Shown here: positions 26,782 to 40,670 of the stretch, in pieces
Layout of the letters: each line of letters begins with the position of its first letter
How positions within the stretch are numbered: position 1 is the first letter of the stretch
Source of the DNA: Adineta vaga
Lineage: Eukaryota > Animalia > Rotifera
Length of the DNA: 64,000 bases
NCBI GenBank assembly: GCA_021613535.1
Contig: CP075496.1
Location: 3,906,001 to 3,970,000 of the forward strand
Direction of reading: 5' to 3'
Program-made: the position numbers and the translations under genes
Notes under the pieces: generated by a model
The model's database searches: none
The model's input: only the letters and a program-made list of their open reading frames with translations
What the model was told of the DNA's origin: nothing

Positions 26782-27732
26782 GTATGAGAAAAACGAGAAG
26801 AGAATATAAACAATTTTTTTTGTCGTTCTTTCCTCAATCATGGATACATTTTATTCGTTCGCTTTCGATCGCTAGTCGTGTATATAATTTTAGTGCTTTC
26901 ACTTTCATATGAAAGTATAGGAAAGTTAATTTATCAAAGATAAGCTTTTCAATAATAATAAAGAGGTCGCCAATATTCATTTCAAATAAATTTTATAATA
27001 GATTTCAACTTAATAAAGCGATATTTCATTGAAATTTACCTTGTAATATATTTTTGTGAAGTAAAGAACTACTTGATATGTGGCCTGGAATGAAGCATAA
27101 TTTGAAAATTATCAACAAAGCTATATACTATGACTATAGTCGTAAAGGCAGATTTGTTTCTTTCTTTTGGTAAACATGTGAAGAATCAATCACTCATAAA
27201 GCATATACATCTATTTTAGAAACGAAACTTTGGAGACAAGTATAGACTCTCTCTTCATTTCATAAGTGCCAATTAACATTGAATTGCTCATTTGTCTATC
27301 TTAAAAACACTTCAATATCATTTCCTTTTGGCGCTCTTATGTGCGACATATCACTGATCCGTCCAATCTTTTATTCATTTACACCTTAGAAAAATCATGC
27401 CATATATAGTCAATATTCTATACGCTTATGCACGCTATGGGATTAATGAAAAGAATAGCAAAATTAAGCTGAAAATGGAAATGAAGTGAGAGAAGGATTT
27501 TTCACACATACATTCTTTTCACTTTAAATATTACTTCAATAATATATGAAACTGTAAAGAACTTCATTAACATTTGACTGTTATCTTTATGAATTGATAA
27601 AATACAGAGAATATATCTTTTTCTGTTTGACAAACGTTTCGTTTATTTCTTTTATATACAAATATACTGTTCAAACAAAAATGTAAAATTTCAAAAAATA
27701 AACATTCAATTGAAATCTATAGATTCTCTTTG

Positions 27733-28320
27733 TCATTTTTATGTAGAAGAAAATGTCGTTTCAAATTGGTTTGTTTAGAAAAACCATGATTACAAAATGA
27801 ACAACGAAATGGCCATGTACCATTATGAGAATGCATATGAGAACGTAAATCACCAGGTGTAGAAAAACTTTTCGAACATAATGAACATTGATGTGGTTTA
27901 TCCTAAACAAAGTTTGCCTTCAATATTGTTCTGAGAATTTCAAATAAAATTCATTACTTTATTATGTGTCATTCGATGATAATAAAGATTTGATGATGCT
28001 GTAAAACATTTTTGACAAATTTCACATCGATGTGGCTTGTCACCTGAATGTATTCGACGATGTGTATTCAATGATGATGATGTTGAAAATGCTTTGAAAC
28101 ATATATTACATACGAATGGTTTTTCACCAGTATGAATGCGAATATGTCGTTGTAATAATGAAGGACGATTGAATGTTTTCATACAATGTGAACATTGGTG
28201 AAGACGATGAGTTTTAGTTTTAAAAGAATTGATATGATATAATTTCATGGGTAAACGTTTTACATTTGGATTTGATGAGGATGATGATAATGAAAGTATG
28301 TAATCAATCATAAATGACAT
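27733..28320 (-). CDS. Small C2H2 zinc-finger transcription factor (5 fingers) with N-terminal eh1-like motif
   Basis: FMIDYIL at the N-terminus. Fingers with TGEKP/SGDKP linkers. One intron (about 27904-27958), then DKPHQCSLC...GTWPFRCSFC...LHKK*. Confidence 0.9.
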
Positions 28321-29329
28321 AACTTATATGTGTAAGATGTAACGTAATATAAATAAAGACTTACAAACTATACTCTGTCCTTTCTTTCGTTTTTTTTCTA
28401 ATCAAATTCGGTGTGACTTATATAAACTCAATCATTTCCTTGCGAATGATATCTAAATTTATCTTTTCTGCACAGCATCCTTATTTTCATTTCATGCTGA
28501 ATCAATATTGAAAACTAATCTATTATCAAGTAGTCACTCTATTCTCTATTGTTTTCAATTGTCTATATCATAATTACATAGATTAACTTCTCTCCCGTGT
28601 TGTTTAATATTATCAAAGGTAGGTGGTAGATCACCATAGAAAAGGTTTTTTTATCAATTACTATATTAATATATTTAAAAATAACGTTTCTTATCTATGC
28701 AGGAAATTAACTCATAATGAATGATGACAAAGAGGTCATTTATGTCAAAAATTTCAATTTTAAAATTATCTTTCTACGTAATTAATATTCACCGAGAATC
28801 AATATGTTTCTGAAACAAATATATTCCATCGAGTACAATCACCATGAGACATTGTCAATTTATAAATCGAAGAAACTTTTGTTTTTCCTCAAATGTTATT
28901 GTACATATTTGATTTCTCTCTCATTCTTTTGATTTAACAACGAAGTTTCTATGTACATTGTGACTAAAAGAAGATAACTGAAAAGCAAATACTTCAAATC
29001 TGACATTGAAGTATAATTTCGACACATACTTAATAGGTAGAAAAAGCCGAATAAGATTTTTCTTGCAGAAAATTTAGCTTGTAAAAGAAAACTATTGTTA
29101 TTTGTACTCATTCTTTTAACATGTAATGAATCAATGTTAAACGATATCTAAATTTATTTTTACATATGGTCGTTGATCGAACATTTTTTCAAAGTATTCG
29201 CTTATAAAAATACATTTTCTTAGTTGAGTTAAGTTCGAAATCGATTCGATTTGAAAGAAAAATCATTTGAACTGCTTCGTTTCATCAAAGAAAGAAAGAA
29301 AGAAAACGATGAACTATCAAGAATGTTGA

Positions 29330-30643
29330 TTAATAACATCGTTCATATTGAGCATAAATTGATGAATCCATGCTAGATAATAATTTGTCTGTTATATTTT
29401 CTAGAATAGCATTTGGATTTTCAGGAGTTGTACTAGAAGATATAATTGAATGATCAATTGACTCTACAATAGCACGAAGATCATTTTGTAAGTTTTTATC
29501 TAATTGTTCGGTTGAACTTGTACGTGGTAATTCCGCATAACTATCTTCATTATTCGCTGAAGGAAGTGAATCGTCATAGATCGAATGTTGAATAACTGAA
29601 TTCGGACGGTGTCGACGATAGAAATGTTGATTTTCTCGAGTTGATGTTAATCGATATGTATCATTTGTAATTCGAATAAAATTTGTCTTTTCTAATGTAT
29701 TCGATGGTGGACGATGAATAGGTAAACGTTTTTCAATTTTTTTTATAATAGCTGCTGATGATTGACGAGATTTTGTTATAATTTGTCGATTATTTTCATT
29801 ATCTTTTAAAATACGTTCGGCACTTTGTACACGATGAAAATGAATTGTAGTTGATTGATTTAATGTTTGATATGATAATGGCTTGTCTGTTGTTTCAAAT
29901 GATGGTATTGATAATCGATACGGTGGAATAGGTGTTGTATGTGATTCATTAAGTGATTCTGTTGAAAGATTTTCTAATTTTGATAATGTATCTTTTGACG
30001 GTAATGGATGATGTTCAATGGAATCAGTCTGTTGATCAGAAAAAATTCCACTTGATAATGAATCATTATTATCCATAGAAGATGAAGAATGTGTACGACT
30101 AATAGATGATGAATGTTTACTACATCGACGCGGTGAGTTTTGTCCAGAATCAAGTAAACATTGATGTTCAGATGCATCAGATTGTTTTCGAGAAGAATAA
30201 TCACGTGATGTTGATATTCGTGGTAAAACATGTGTATCTGTTGGATTATGAACTTTTGCTCGAATTATTGATCGTCTCGTATAAATCGATAATGGTTCAA
30301 TCGATGGATTATGTTCACGAATAGTTGCTTCTTGACGTATTGATCCAAATGCAGTTGTCTGACTGAATATCGTTGGTATTGGTAAAACAGTAGAAGTTTT
30401 TCCATGTCGTACATTAAATGCTGGTAACTGAAACTGTGTTACTAGATTTGAAGGTTTACTATTATTCGCAGAAGAGGGAAAAGTTGGATTTCTTCCTGTA
30501 GTTCGTTTAGGTATAGTTAGAGTTGATGTTGAAACGATATAATCTAATTGAGATTGTTTTTCTTGGTCTCGTTTTTGTGCAGCATTGACCAGAGAACCAA
30601 ACCATTTTCTTGGCATTAATGTCCATCGTTTTTTTGATGTCAT
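29330..30643 (-). CDS. Uncharacterised intronless Ser/Thr-rich, probably disordered protein (about 437 aa)
   Basis: 1.3-kb stop-free ORF in AT-rich DNA; likely start MTSKKRWTLMPRKWFG. No domain recognised. Confidence 0.75.
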   Translation of the reverse strand: MTSKKRWTLMPRKWFGSLVNAAQKRDQEKQSQLDYIVSTSTLTIPKRTTGRNPTFPSSANNSKPSNLVTQFQLPAFNVRHGKTSTVLPIPTIFSQTTAFGSIRQEATIREHNPSIEPLSIYTRRSIIRAKVHNPTDTHVLPRISTSRDYSSRKQSDASEHQCLLDSGQNSPRRCSKHSSSISRTHSSSSMDNNDSLSSGIFSDQQTDSIEHHPLPSKDTLSKLENLSTESLNESHTTPIPPYRLSIPSFETTDKPLSYQTLNQSTTIHFHRVQSAERILKDNENNRQIITKSRQSSAAIIKKIEKRLPIHRPPSNTLEKTNFIRITNDTYRLTSTRENQHFYRRHRPNSVIQHSIYDDSLPSANNEDSYAELPRTSSTEQLDKNLQNDLRAIVESIDHSIISSSTTPENPNAILENITDKLLSSMDSSIYAQYERCY

Positions 30644-31225
30644 TATTATATTTTCATCGAATATATTTCGTCGTGTAATCAGTGAACACAAATGTTGAAA
30701 TAAGAGAAAAAAAATTGCACTTCAATGGATATTATTTTTACTTTCTAATCGATTAATAAGAGTGAACTTTATGTCTGGAATTGTATGAAGTGGAACATAG
30801 AAGAAATTTGAACGACAGCATATTCACATTTTAATTGGAGTAAATGGAGAGAAAAAAACGAGTGAGAGAGTAGTGGCCGTATGATTGAAATACAAACATT
30901 AAAAGAAGACCAACAATCAGATTTCTTTTCTATCGTGTTTGAAAAAGAAATACAGAATACATCAAAAGATTTCCTTTTTTCTCCTAGCTTTAATATAATA
31001 AGTTTGAATCTTCTAGGCAAATATTGTCTCTGTCGATGCTACAAATGACATTTTATGATTTATTACGTGTACAAATAAAATAATTATGATAGAAACAGAG
31101 AGAAAAAAGAATACTCGACGAAAAAAGAAAGAGACCGGCTCGAGATACTTGAAGTAATTGTATATATATATATATATAATGAATAGAATAAAGAAAATTT
31201 TGATGATTTCAAATTATTTTACATG

Positions 31226-31900
31226 TCATTGATAAGTATGTGGATGAATATCGGAAGTCATTACTAACTGATGTTGAGGATTATTCAGTGAATTATGACT
31301 TTGATTTAAATGAATAGACGAAGGTACTTTGGATGGCGATAATGGTACTTGCTTATTTTGATTATAATATGAACTATCATTTAAACTATGAGTATTAGGA
31401 TTCTGTGAATACATTTGCATATTATGTCCATTGGTGTGTTGTTGTTGTTGTTGTTGATGAAGAGGAGGAGGACGACGATTATCATATCTCGGTACTGCAG
31501 ACACATGACTAATTTCACGTGAAGTCGTTTGTTCATGTTTTCCATGACGGCGTTGCTGCCGTTGACGCGGACGATTTGATGTTGATTGTTGATCATTTTC
31601 ATCGGAATTTGTATTATTATTTTTTAGGCAAAATATAAAAACAAGAGCAAAAATAATAGCAGCAATGACTGACACACCAAGAACAATACCCCCGCCAATT
31701 TTTCCCGATGAACTTCCTTTAATCAAACCTGTTAAAGATATTTAAAAATAACATAATTATTCGATAAATTTCAAACCATAAATTAGTGCAGAAAGTCCGC
31801 CAAGAAGTCCAACAGCAATAAATAGACCTATGATAGATATACATGCTTCTGAACTAGATGTCTGTCTAGCATTATTCTTTTGTTTGGAGAAGAAGATCAT
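31226..31900 (-). CDS. Uncharacterised two-TM protein with Q/H/N-rich tail
   Basis: Exon 1 MIFFSKQ...ISIIGLFIAVGLLGGLSALIY splices in frame to GLIKGSSSGKIGGGIVLGVSVIAAIIFALVFIFCL. Confidence 0.7.
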
Positions 31901-33087
31901 GATGATAAAAGAAGAAATTCAATTTCTAAAGACAATCAACGTTGCAAAACTTTTCTATTATACAATAAAAAAAAACTTACATAAACTAAAATATTTCTTT
32001 TTAATTGCACTTATCTTGAAGAAAGTTCGGTATTCAAGTGTCGCTTCTTCCTGTTTTCTTTTATTCTTTTATTCTTCAATGAATGTCATTTTTTCTAACT
32101 TAAAATATTTTCCTCTAACTTTCTCTCTCTGTCTCTCTCTATATATATATATCAACTTCTTTTTTTTAGTTAGACACTAGACAAATATTCTACTGTGAAC
32201 TTCTTCTTTTTTTTCTTTTCGCAATTTTCAGTTTTTCTTCATTTTCTATCAGATGTGTCTTTCATTTAAGAATTTTTAATTTTAAAGAAAACAAAGATAA
32301 AAGAAAAATTTCTTCTCACATTCATTATTTTCTCTTTCCTTTTATTTTCTTCTCTCGATATTTATTCGATTTTATACGTTCAATGTTAGTGTGCATTATA
32401 TCACTAACAATAAAAAGAAAAAGAATTTTCATTTGATAATCAATATTGATTCAAATAGATCGAGTTTTCTTCTTTTATATTAATTTTATTCAAACAAATT
32501 GTTTCACTGGATGTCACTTCAGTTCATGATGTGATGTGATGAGAAACGTTCGTATGACAATCTATATTAACCATATTGATCAAATAGAACGAACGTAAAT
32601 TTACATTTGAGGTGAACATTGAGATTATTATTTGTTTTCTTCAACGACAATCAGAAAAAATGAAACGAATGTTTGGTTGTATCTTGTAAATTTTGAATAT
32701 GAATTGCTCGACATATTTGAGATTGTATAATTCAAAACTTATCAATATTAATTTTTAAAATTTAATATCGGACATCATTTGAAATGGATTGTATAGAGAG
32801 AAAAAACAAACAAATTCTTTCCCTTTTCCGCCGTCTCTTAATATTCAATTAACCAAGAAATGAATTATTCTCTAATTATAAAACTATCCTACATTGAAGT
32901 TTAGTTATGATTCATGTGATTGTCAGACATGTAAATAATAGTTTCAATGGAATTCATCCGTGATACAAATGTTTACATGAGTTGTAAAGAACTAGATATA
33001 AGACATGTTTTTTTATTTTGCTGATTAGTTTAATAGAAGAAATATCTTATGATATCATGTATATGAAATAAAACAATTGAATGAGAT

Positions 33088-33770
33088 TTATTCTTTTTTC
33101 TTCGTTTTATCTGTATCAATGGAATCGATTTGTTCAGTACGTTTCTTCTTCATTTGTTTAATATAAAGTTTTATTAAAGATATTGATTCATAAAGCCAAA
33201 TAATCTATGAAACAAAAAAGTATGGAATATTTCCAGGAATTAATTTAGATTAGAGTTTTCTTTCTTACAACAATAATACAACAATTTATAATAACTGGAA
33301 ATGATAAAACAGTGGATATAAATAGTCCCTGACTATCGAAATATTGATCATGAGCAAATAATCTACAATATCATTCGAAATATTCATCTTGATTGACAGG
33401 TTCTATTCTTTAAATAACTTACTGCCATTTTCTTGCTGCTAATTCATTAATATATTCTGCACAATAAATACAAGATACTAGAAATATTCAAATCAACATA
33501 GGTAATTTTCATTACGAAAATCAATTCCACATACGTAGAGCAAGAAAAATAAGTATTTGAATATTTGTATGTCCGCGAGTTAATATAATAATTAATAAAC
33601 AAATTGCATGAAATCCTCCGAGCGCAATCAACCATGGTTCGTACCAATTAATCTGTAAATAAATAGAACAACAGAAATATTTCTACTTGCAATAGAAAAG
33701 GAAATCATACCATCCGAAGAAATTGCCAATAACTAGTAATTGATGTTGTTTCAATAAATGATTCATGCAT
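33088..33770 (-). CDS. TMEM18: Transmembrane protein 18 (not recovered in frame by the ORF track)
   Basis: Joined exons: INWYEPWLIALGGFHAICL, YCAEYINELAARKWQ, DQYFDSQGLFISTVLSFP, and a basic tail KKKRTEQ...KKKE*. Confidence 0.9.
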
Positions 33771-33880
33771 TTTTTTTCTCTCTATATTGTCTTTAAAAAG
33801 GAAAAGAATAGTTTTGTAAATTTTTGTAATTTCGTTTTTGTTACAAATCTTTTATTTTCAACAAAAAGCAACGAAAAAAA

Positions 33881-35102
33881 TTACACTAAAAGTACAGCGT
33901 TAATACATCCATCATTTTCTGGATGATTAGTTACTTGTGCATATTTTCCCCATACAACTTTACCACCTTGCGTTACCATACCGAGTTCACTAACATTAAC
34001 CTAAAGAAAAATAAGACGATAAATAACTATTTTGAATCTTTTTTCGAAGTTATTACTTCAAGTACTGTTCCTTTGGTGATAACACCTAAGGATGTATAAA
34101 GTGGTGAACTAGGATTCTTCTTGACACCAATAATTGGTAATTGAAAAGTAGCTTTCAATTCTGGATGTGTAACGTGTGCCTTAGTAAATCGAAGTGCCTA
34201 AAATAGATCAATGGAAATATTGTAGAATATCAAAAAGAAATAGTGCAATATTATTATTCGAATGCATGTTAGAGATTAATACAAGTCAATAGTCTGTTTT
34301 CTTTACCATTGGTCGAATAAATCGTTCATATTTTGGTGGCTTTCGTGTAAAACCTTCGCCAACAAAACAAGGTTTTGTTACTAAACGTTTCCATGCTTTC
34401 TCTGTAAGAAAACAAAAAACTAATTGACTATTTGAATATCACAAATCAAATACATACTGCGTCGTTTTCCTGATTGAACAACACGAAATACTTCAGCTTC
34501 ACTAACAGCTTTGACTTTCGGAATTGGTACATCCCATTTACCCTAGAATGTCCGACATATTTTCTGTACAGATAATAGTTAAGAAGAAGTTTTACCGCTT
34601 TTTCTTTTCGTTTTTGTTTAATTGTATTAGATAAAATCTTTGCTCGACTTTGTTTTTCACGATCAAGTAAATAAGCAGGTAAAGCACCTTCTGGTACTTC
34701 TTCTCGTTGTTTTGTTTCTTTTTCTTCATGACTTTTAATTGTTTTTTTCATTTGAATCTTTTCATTTTGACGACGTTTATTATATAATTTCGCTCTAAAT
34801 TATCATAAATTAATTCAATCAATCAATCTTTGATTTCGAACAATTTGTCTTACTTAATGCCACGTAATGTTTGAGCTTTCTTCGATAAAATATGTGGTAA
34901 ACGTCCTTCTTTCTTTTTCCTAGAAAAATTAAATAATATGAATAGATGTATTTATCTTGACAAAGAAATTAGTGTACTGTTTTTCATAATGATCGAATCG
35001 ACGGCCATGTCGTTTACGATGAAGTTCAATATGTTCGTTTTGAGGCTATATAAATAAGATTGTCTTTTGAAAAGATTCAGAATATCTCATTGCACTTACC
35101 AT
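33881..35102 (-). CDS. NSA2: Ribosome biogenesis protein NSA2
   Basis: ATG|intron|[21 protein letters not shown]; [12 protein letters not shown]; [14 protein letters not shown]; [23 protein letters not shown]. Confidence 0.97.
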
Positions 35103-35499
35103 GACTTTCTTTCAAATCGATCTCGAAATTACCAAATGAATATCTAAAATACAAATCGTTTTTTTCTTTTATAAGATTCTACCATTCATTCAATTTCAAA
35201 TGTCTAACTATCGATATTAAATTTCGTCATTTCTCCATGAAAATCCAGATTATTCTTCATCGATAGATGTCACTGAAAAATTTTCTCAAATAATTTTCCT
35301 TTTTTATTTATGTTTAAAAAGATAAATCCGATAGTTTTCGATCATAGTTTTGAATAAAGAACGTTTTTCATGTATCTTCATTGGTCATGATTAATGAACC
35401 ATTAGAAAACGAAGTAAACAAATAAATATAAACAATAGAATGGAAAGATAAAAGGATTAGTATTTATCTGATTAGATCAGTTATATCTAAGATATCTTA

Positions 35500-38223
35500 A
35501 TGACAGGCGAACCTCCATTAGCACAACAACAACGTGCTGTTGTGGAACTTTATGTTCGTTCAAAATGGATTAAAGCAAGTTTAGCTCTTGAGGATGAGAA
35601 TCTATTTATTGAATATGCACATAATAAACATGATCAACCGATATTAAATGAATCAATCAAACCATCGAATACGAATGATGAACCAATACAAAATAATGGT
35701 TCAACAACGAATTCTACGCCAGATACAATTACAAGTCAAAAACGAATTATTAAAATTTCTAAACCCGATAATACAGGACTTGGTAATTCAGAAATAAACT
35801 TGTCAATTTTCTTTTCGAATTGTTCTTTTTTTCTTTCTCTTATGAATGTTAGGAATCAGTATTAAAGGTGGAAGAGAAAATCGTATGCCAATTTTGATAA
35901 GTAAAATCTTTCCGAATATGCCTGCTGATCAAACTGGTCAATTATATGTTGGTGATGCTATTCTTTCTGTTAATGGAAAAGATTTACAACATGTTTCACA
36001 TGAAGAAGCAGTACAGATATTAAAAAAAGCTGGAAGAGACGTTGAACTTGAAGGTAAGTTGCATATAACTCATACAAATATGTTCAATATAATGATTAGT
36101 CGAGAGGAATATTGAAATTTTATTCACTTTTTATGATTAGATGAAGAATGAGGAAAGACTATATGACTTGAGTTTCCGGTAGAATTAATGGACTTGCAAT
36201 TCTGTTCGCTTGTATTTTTTACAGCTAATATGGTATTAAGGAAACGACGTACTTTCCTAGATCTTAATAGATGTGAAGGAAATTTTTCTTGTTCAGTAGA
36301 TTTTTCTATTTCCGAAGTATTTTTGTCGAACAAACAAAAACTGAATAGATTATCAAGCCGTTTCTATGTTCAATGAATAGAAATTGAGCGTTTCAGATTT
36401 TACTACTTATTCAAAACTTATTCATAATTGAATGTTTTTTTTTCTTCTCCGTATGATAAAAATTGAAAAGAAAAAGATCGTGTCTCAATAATTGATTTGA
36501 CATCAAAATAATCGTATAAAAAACGATCGACCTTGTAATAGTTTCTCCTGAATATCACCGATTCCACTATCATTCGAATTGAAGCATAACACATCAAATT
36601 AGTTCTTTGATCTACTAAAAGGTTATCATTTATAAACTCCAGGTGAACGATATTTTATAAAGGTCACGATTATATAATCATTATATTGATACATGTTGTA
36701 CAACATTAGGAAATTAAAACAATCAGAGATATTCTGTAAATAATTGTTCTATTAACATGAATTCTTTAATGTAATTTAGTTCGATATTTACGAGAAGTGA
36801 ATGTTTTAATGCAAAAGCAAGGTTCAACATATTCTCGTAAACAAAATCAACAATCTCAGGATAATTTAACTGAATCAAATATTTCATCATCAAGTTCACA
36901 AAATAAAGAAATGTCAAGTTCAAAGAAAAATCTTGCAAATAATTCTCCACCATCATCAAATGACTCAATACTTTATGAAACCAAACGTATATCACTTCGT
37001 TTATGTTATATATTTCGTCGTTCATCAATAACAAATGATAATCTTGTTTTATCATCAACAACAACATCAATGCCATTAGTAACAGCTCCATCATCCGTAT
37101 CGAATGGTTCTATATTAGATATAGTTTTACCTTATGCTCAAACATGTTACAGTGTACGATTTGTTGATGATATGCATGCAAGAAAATGGTTTCATATAAT
37201 TCATTCGAAAATTTCTCGTTGTTTATTGGAAATTTTACCGGAAATTGAAGAACATTTTTGTGTTGCACGAAATGCAACTGAAGTTAAAGCATTAGGTTGG
37301 TTAACGGAACAGGTTAATAATGAAGAACCAAAATCTTGGAAACCTGTTTTTCTTGTTCTAACTGATGCTGAAATTTGTTTTCTTTGTTGTGCACCTGTAT
37401 CAAAACAAACCTGCCGTGAACCAGATATTGTTTATCCGATTCTTTCGACAAGGTAAATATTAGAAAATACATGTAATTATTAATCAACTATTTTTTTTAC
37501 GTTCTCGCTTCAGACTTGTACAAGCAACACGTGATGCGACAAATGATACTGATATTTCATTATTATCATTACGTGCTGGTACAAAATTTGGTGTAGTCTC
37601 ACATATATTTCGAGTTGAAACTAAAGCAGATTTAAATTATTGGAATAAAGCAATCAATCAATCTTTACAAAGTGCTGTTGTACGAACTAAAGAAGTTGTT
37701 TTTCGTAAGTATTTTCTTTCATTCTATATATCTTGATTGATTGATAGACTTGAATAATAGAATAGATAGTATACGACAAGATTTTTTTGAGCTATTTGAA
37801 AGCGAATTTTTGGATGTAATTAGAATAAATATTGTTGTTGATTTATTTTTTTAGCTTGTAAATGGAATAATCGAACGTGTAAATTATTTTTACATTATGA
37901 ACATGGCTTTACTTTATATAGTGATCCGACTGATTCAGTAACGAGTGGTGGGAATACTCCTAGTATTGGTAATGTTCGTTTACTATGGCAACAACCGTTT
38001 GAAAAACTACGTTCGTCAGCTGATGATAGTGAACATTTATTAACTTTAGATTTTCATGGTGAAGAAGGAGTTGTCGTATGTTGAAAGATAATTTTGAATT
38101 TTTACCAATAAATCAATCTTGTACTTTTAGGAATTAGATTTTGGAACTTCTCCGAAACCATTTGTCTTCCATTTACATGCATTTCTATCAGCAAAAGCAG
38201 CACGAATTGGTCTTATTGGTTGA
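35500..38223 (+). CDS. Syntrophin (split PH-PDZ-PH-SU), alpha/beta-like
   Basis: [22 protein letters not shown]...[17 protein letters not shown]; SU domain [14 protein letters not shown]...LDFHGEEG...[15 protein letters not shown]. Confidence 0.93.
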
Positions 38224-39134
38224 ATAATTTTCTTTCTTTTTTTTCTTGCATTAACATCTTCTTTTTCTAGTCATTTAAACGAAAATAAACTTTTGTGCGA
38301 TCTTTATGCCTTGATGTGTTGTAGGACAGTTACCCGTTTTGTTTTTTGTTTTGTTTTTCTTTCTTCTTCTCTTTTTCTAATTTGCCTTGCCTTACACACA
38401 TAATCTTTCTCAGATACTTGTATTCTTTTCTTTTTTATCAATGCAAAACAAAATGATTATTTTTTTTGTTGTTTTTTAATTGATGCCAAAAAAAATGCAT
38501 GAATCAATTATCTTCATCCATGGACGTTTTCCTGTTTTTCTTTTTCATGTATTATTATGATTGGTATTCTTACTACTTTTATTATTATATAACAGTTCTT
38601 CTCCTTTTTCCCTGTGTGTACGTCCGCGTTTTCTTCTCTTTGCACCGATACCTTCAAAACAAAGAAATTTTACGTATTGTATTCTCTTTTCGTTGATGAG
38701 ATGATGAATCAAATTACGAAAATAAAAACTTGATTTCATAGTTAAGATAATAAAATGATTCATTTTAGAAGTTTTTTCTATTTTTCGATAAGTGATAAGA
38801 TTTGATCGACGCATATCGAAGATCAAACTAAGAAAAAAAAGTGTCAGCTGACTCGACGAAGACATGATGACTCATACCAATCATATATAAAGTATGCGTT
38901 GTTTTGCTTTTCTCTTTTTTTCTTCTACACGATTCTCTTCATGTAACGACCGTCGACATATAAAAAGTGCACAAAAGCATACATGTAGTCAGTAAGAAAG
39001 AAAAAAAAACGACTCCATCGACAACATTCACAAACACAATCATATGACTTGTTATTAAAACGAGAGAAAAACACAAGCAGGTTACTAAAAAGTACTTTTC
39101 TATTTTCAGATATTTCTTTTCAAAAAAATAAAAG

Positions 39135-40670
<1,536 letters not shown>

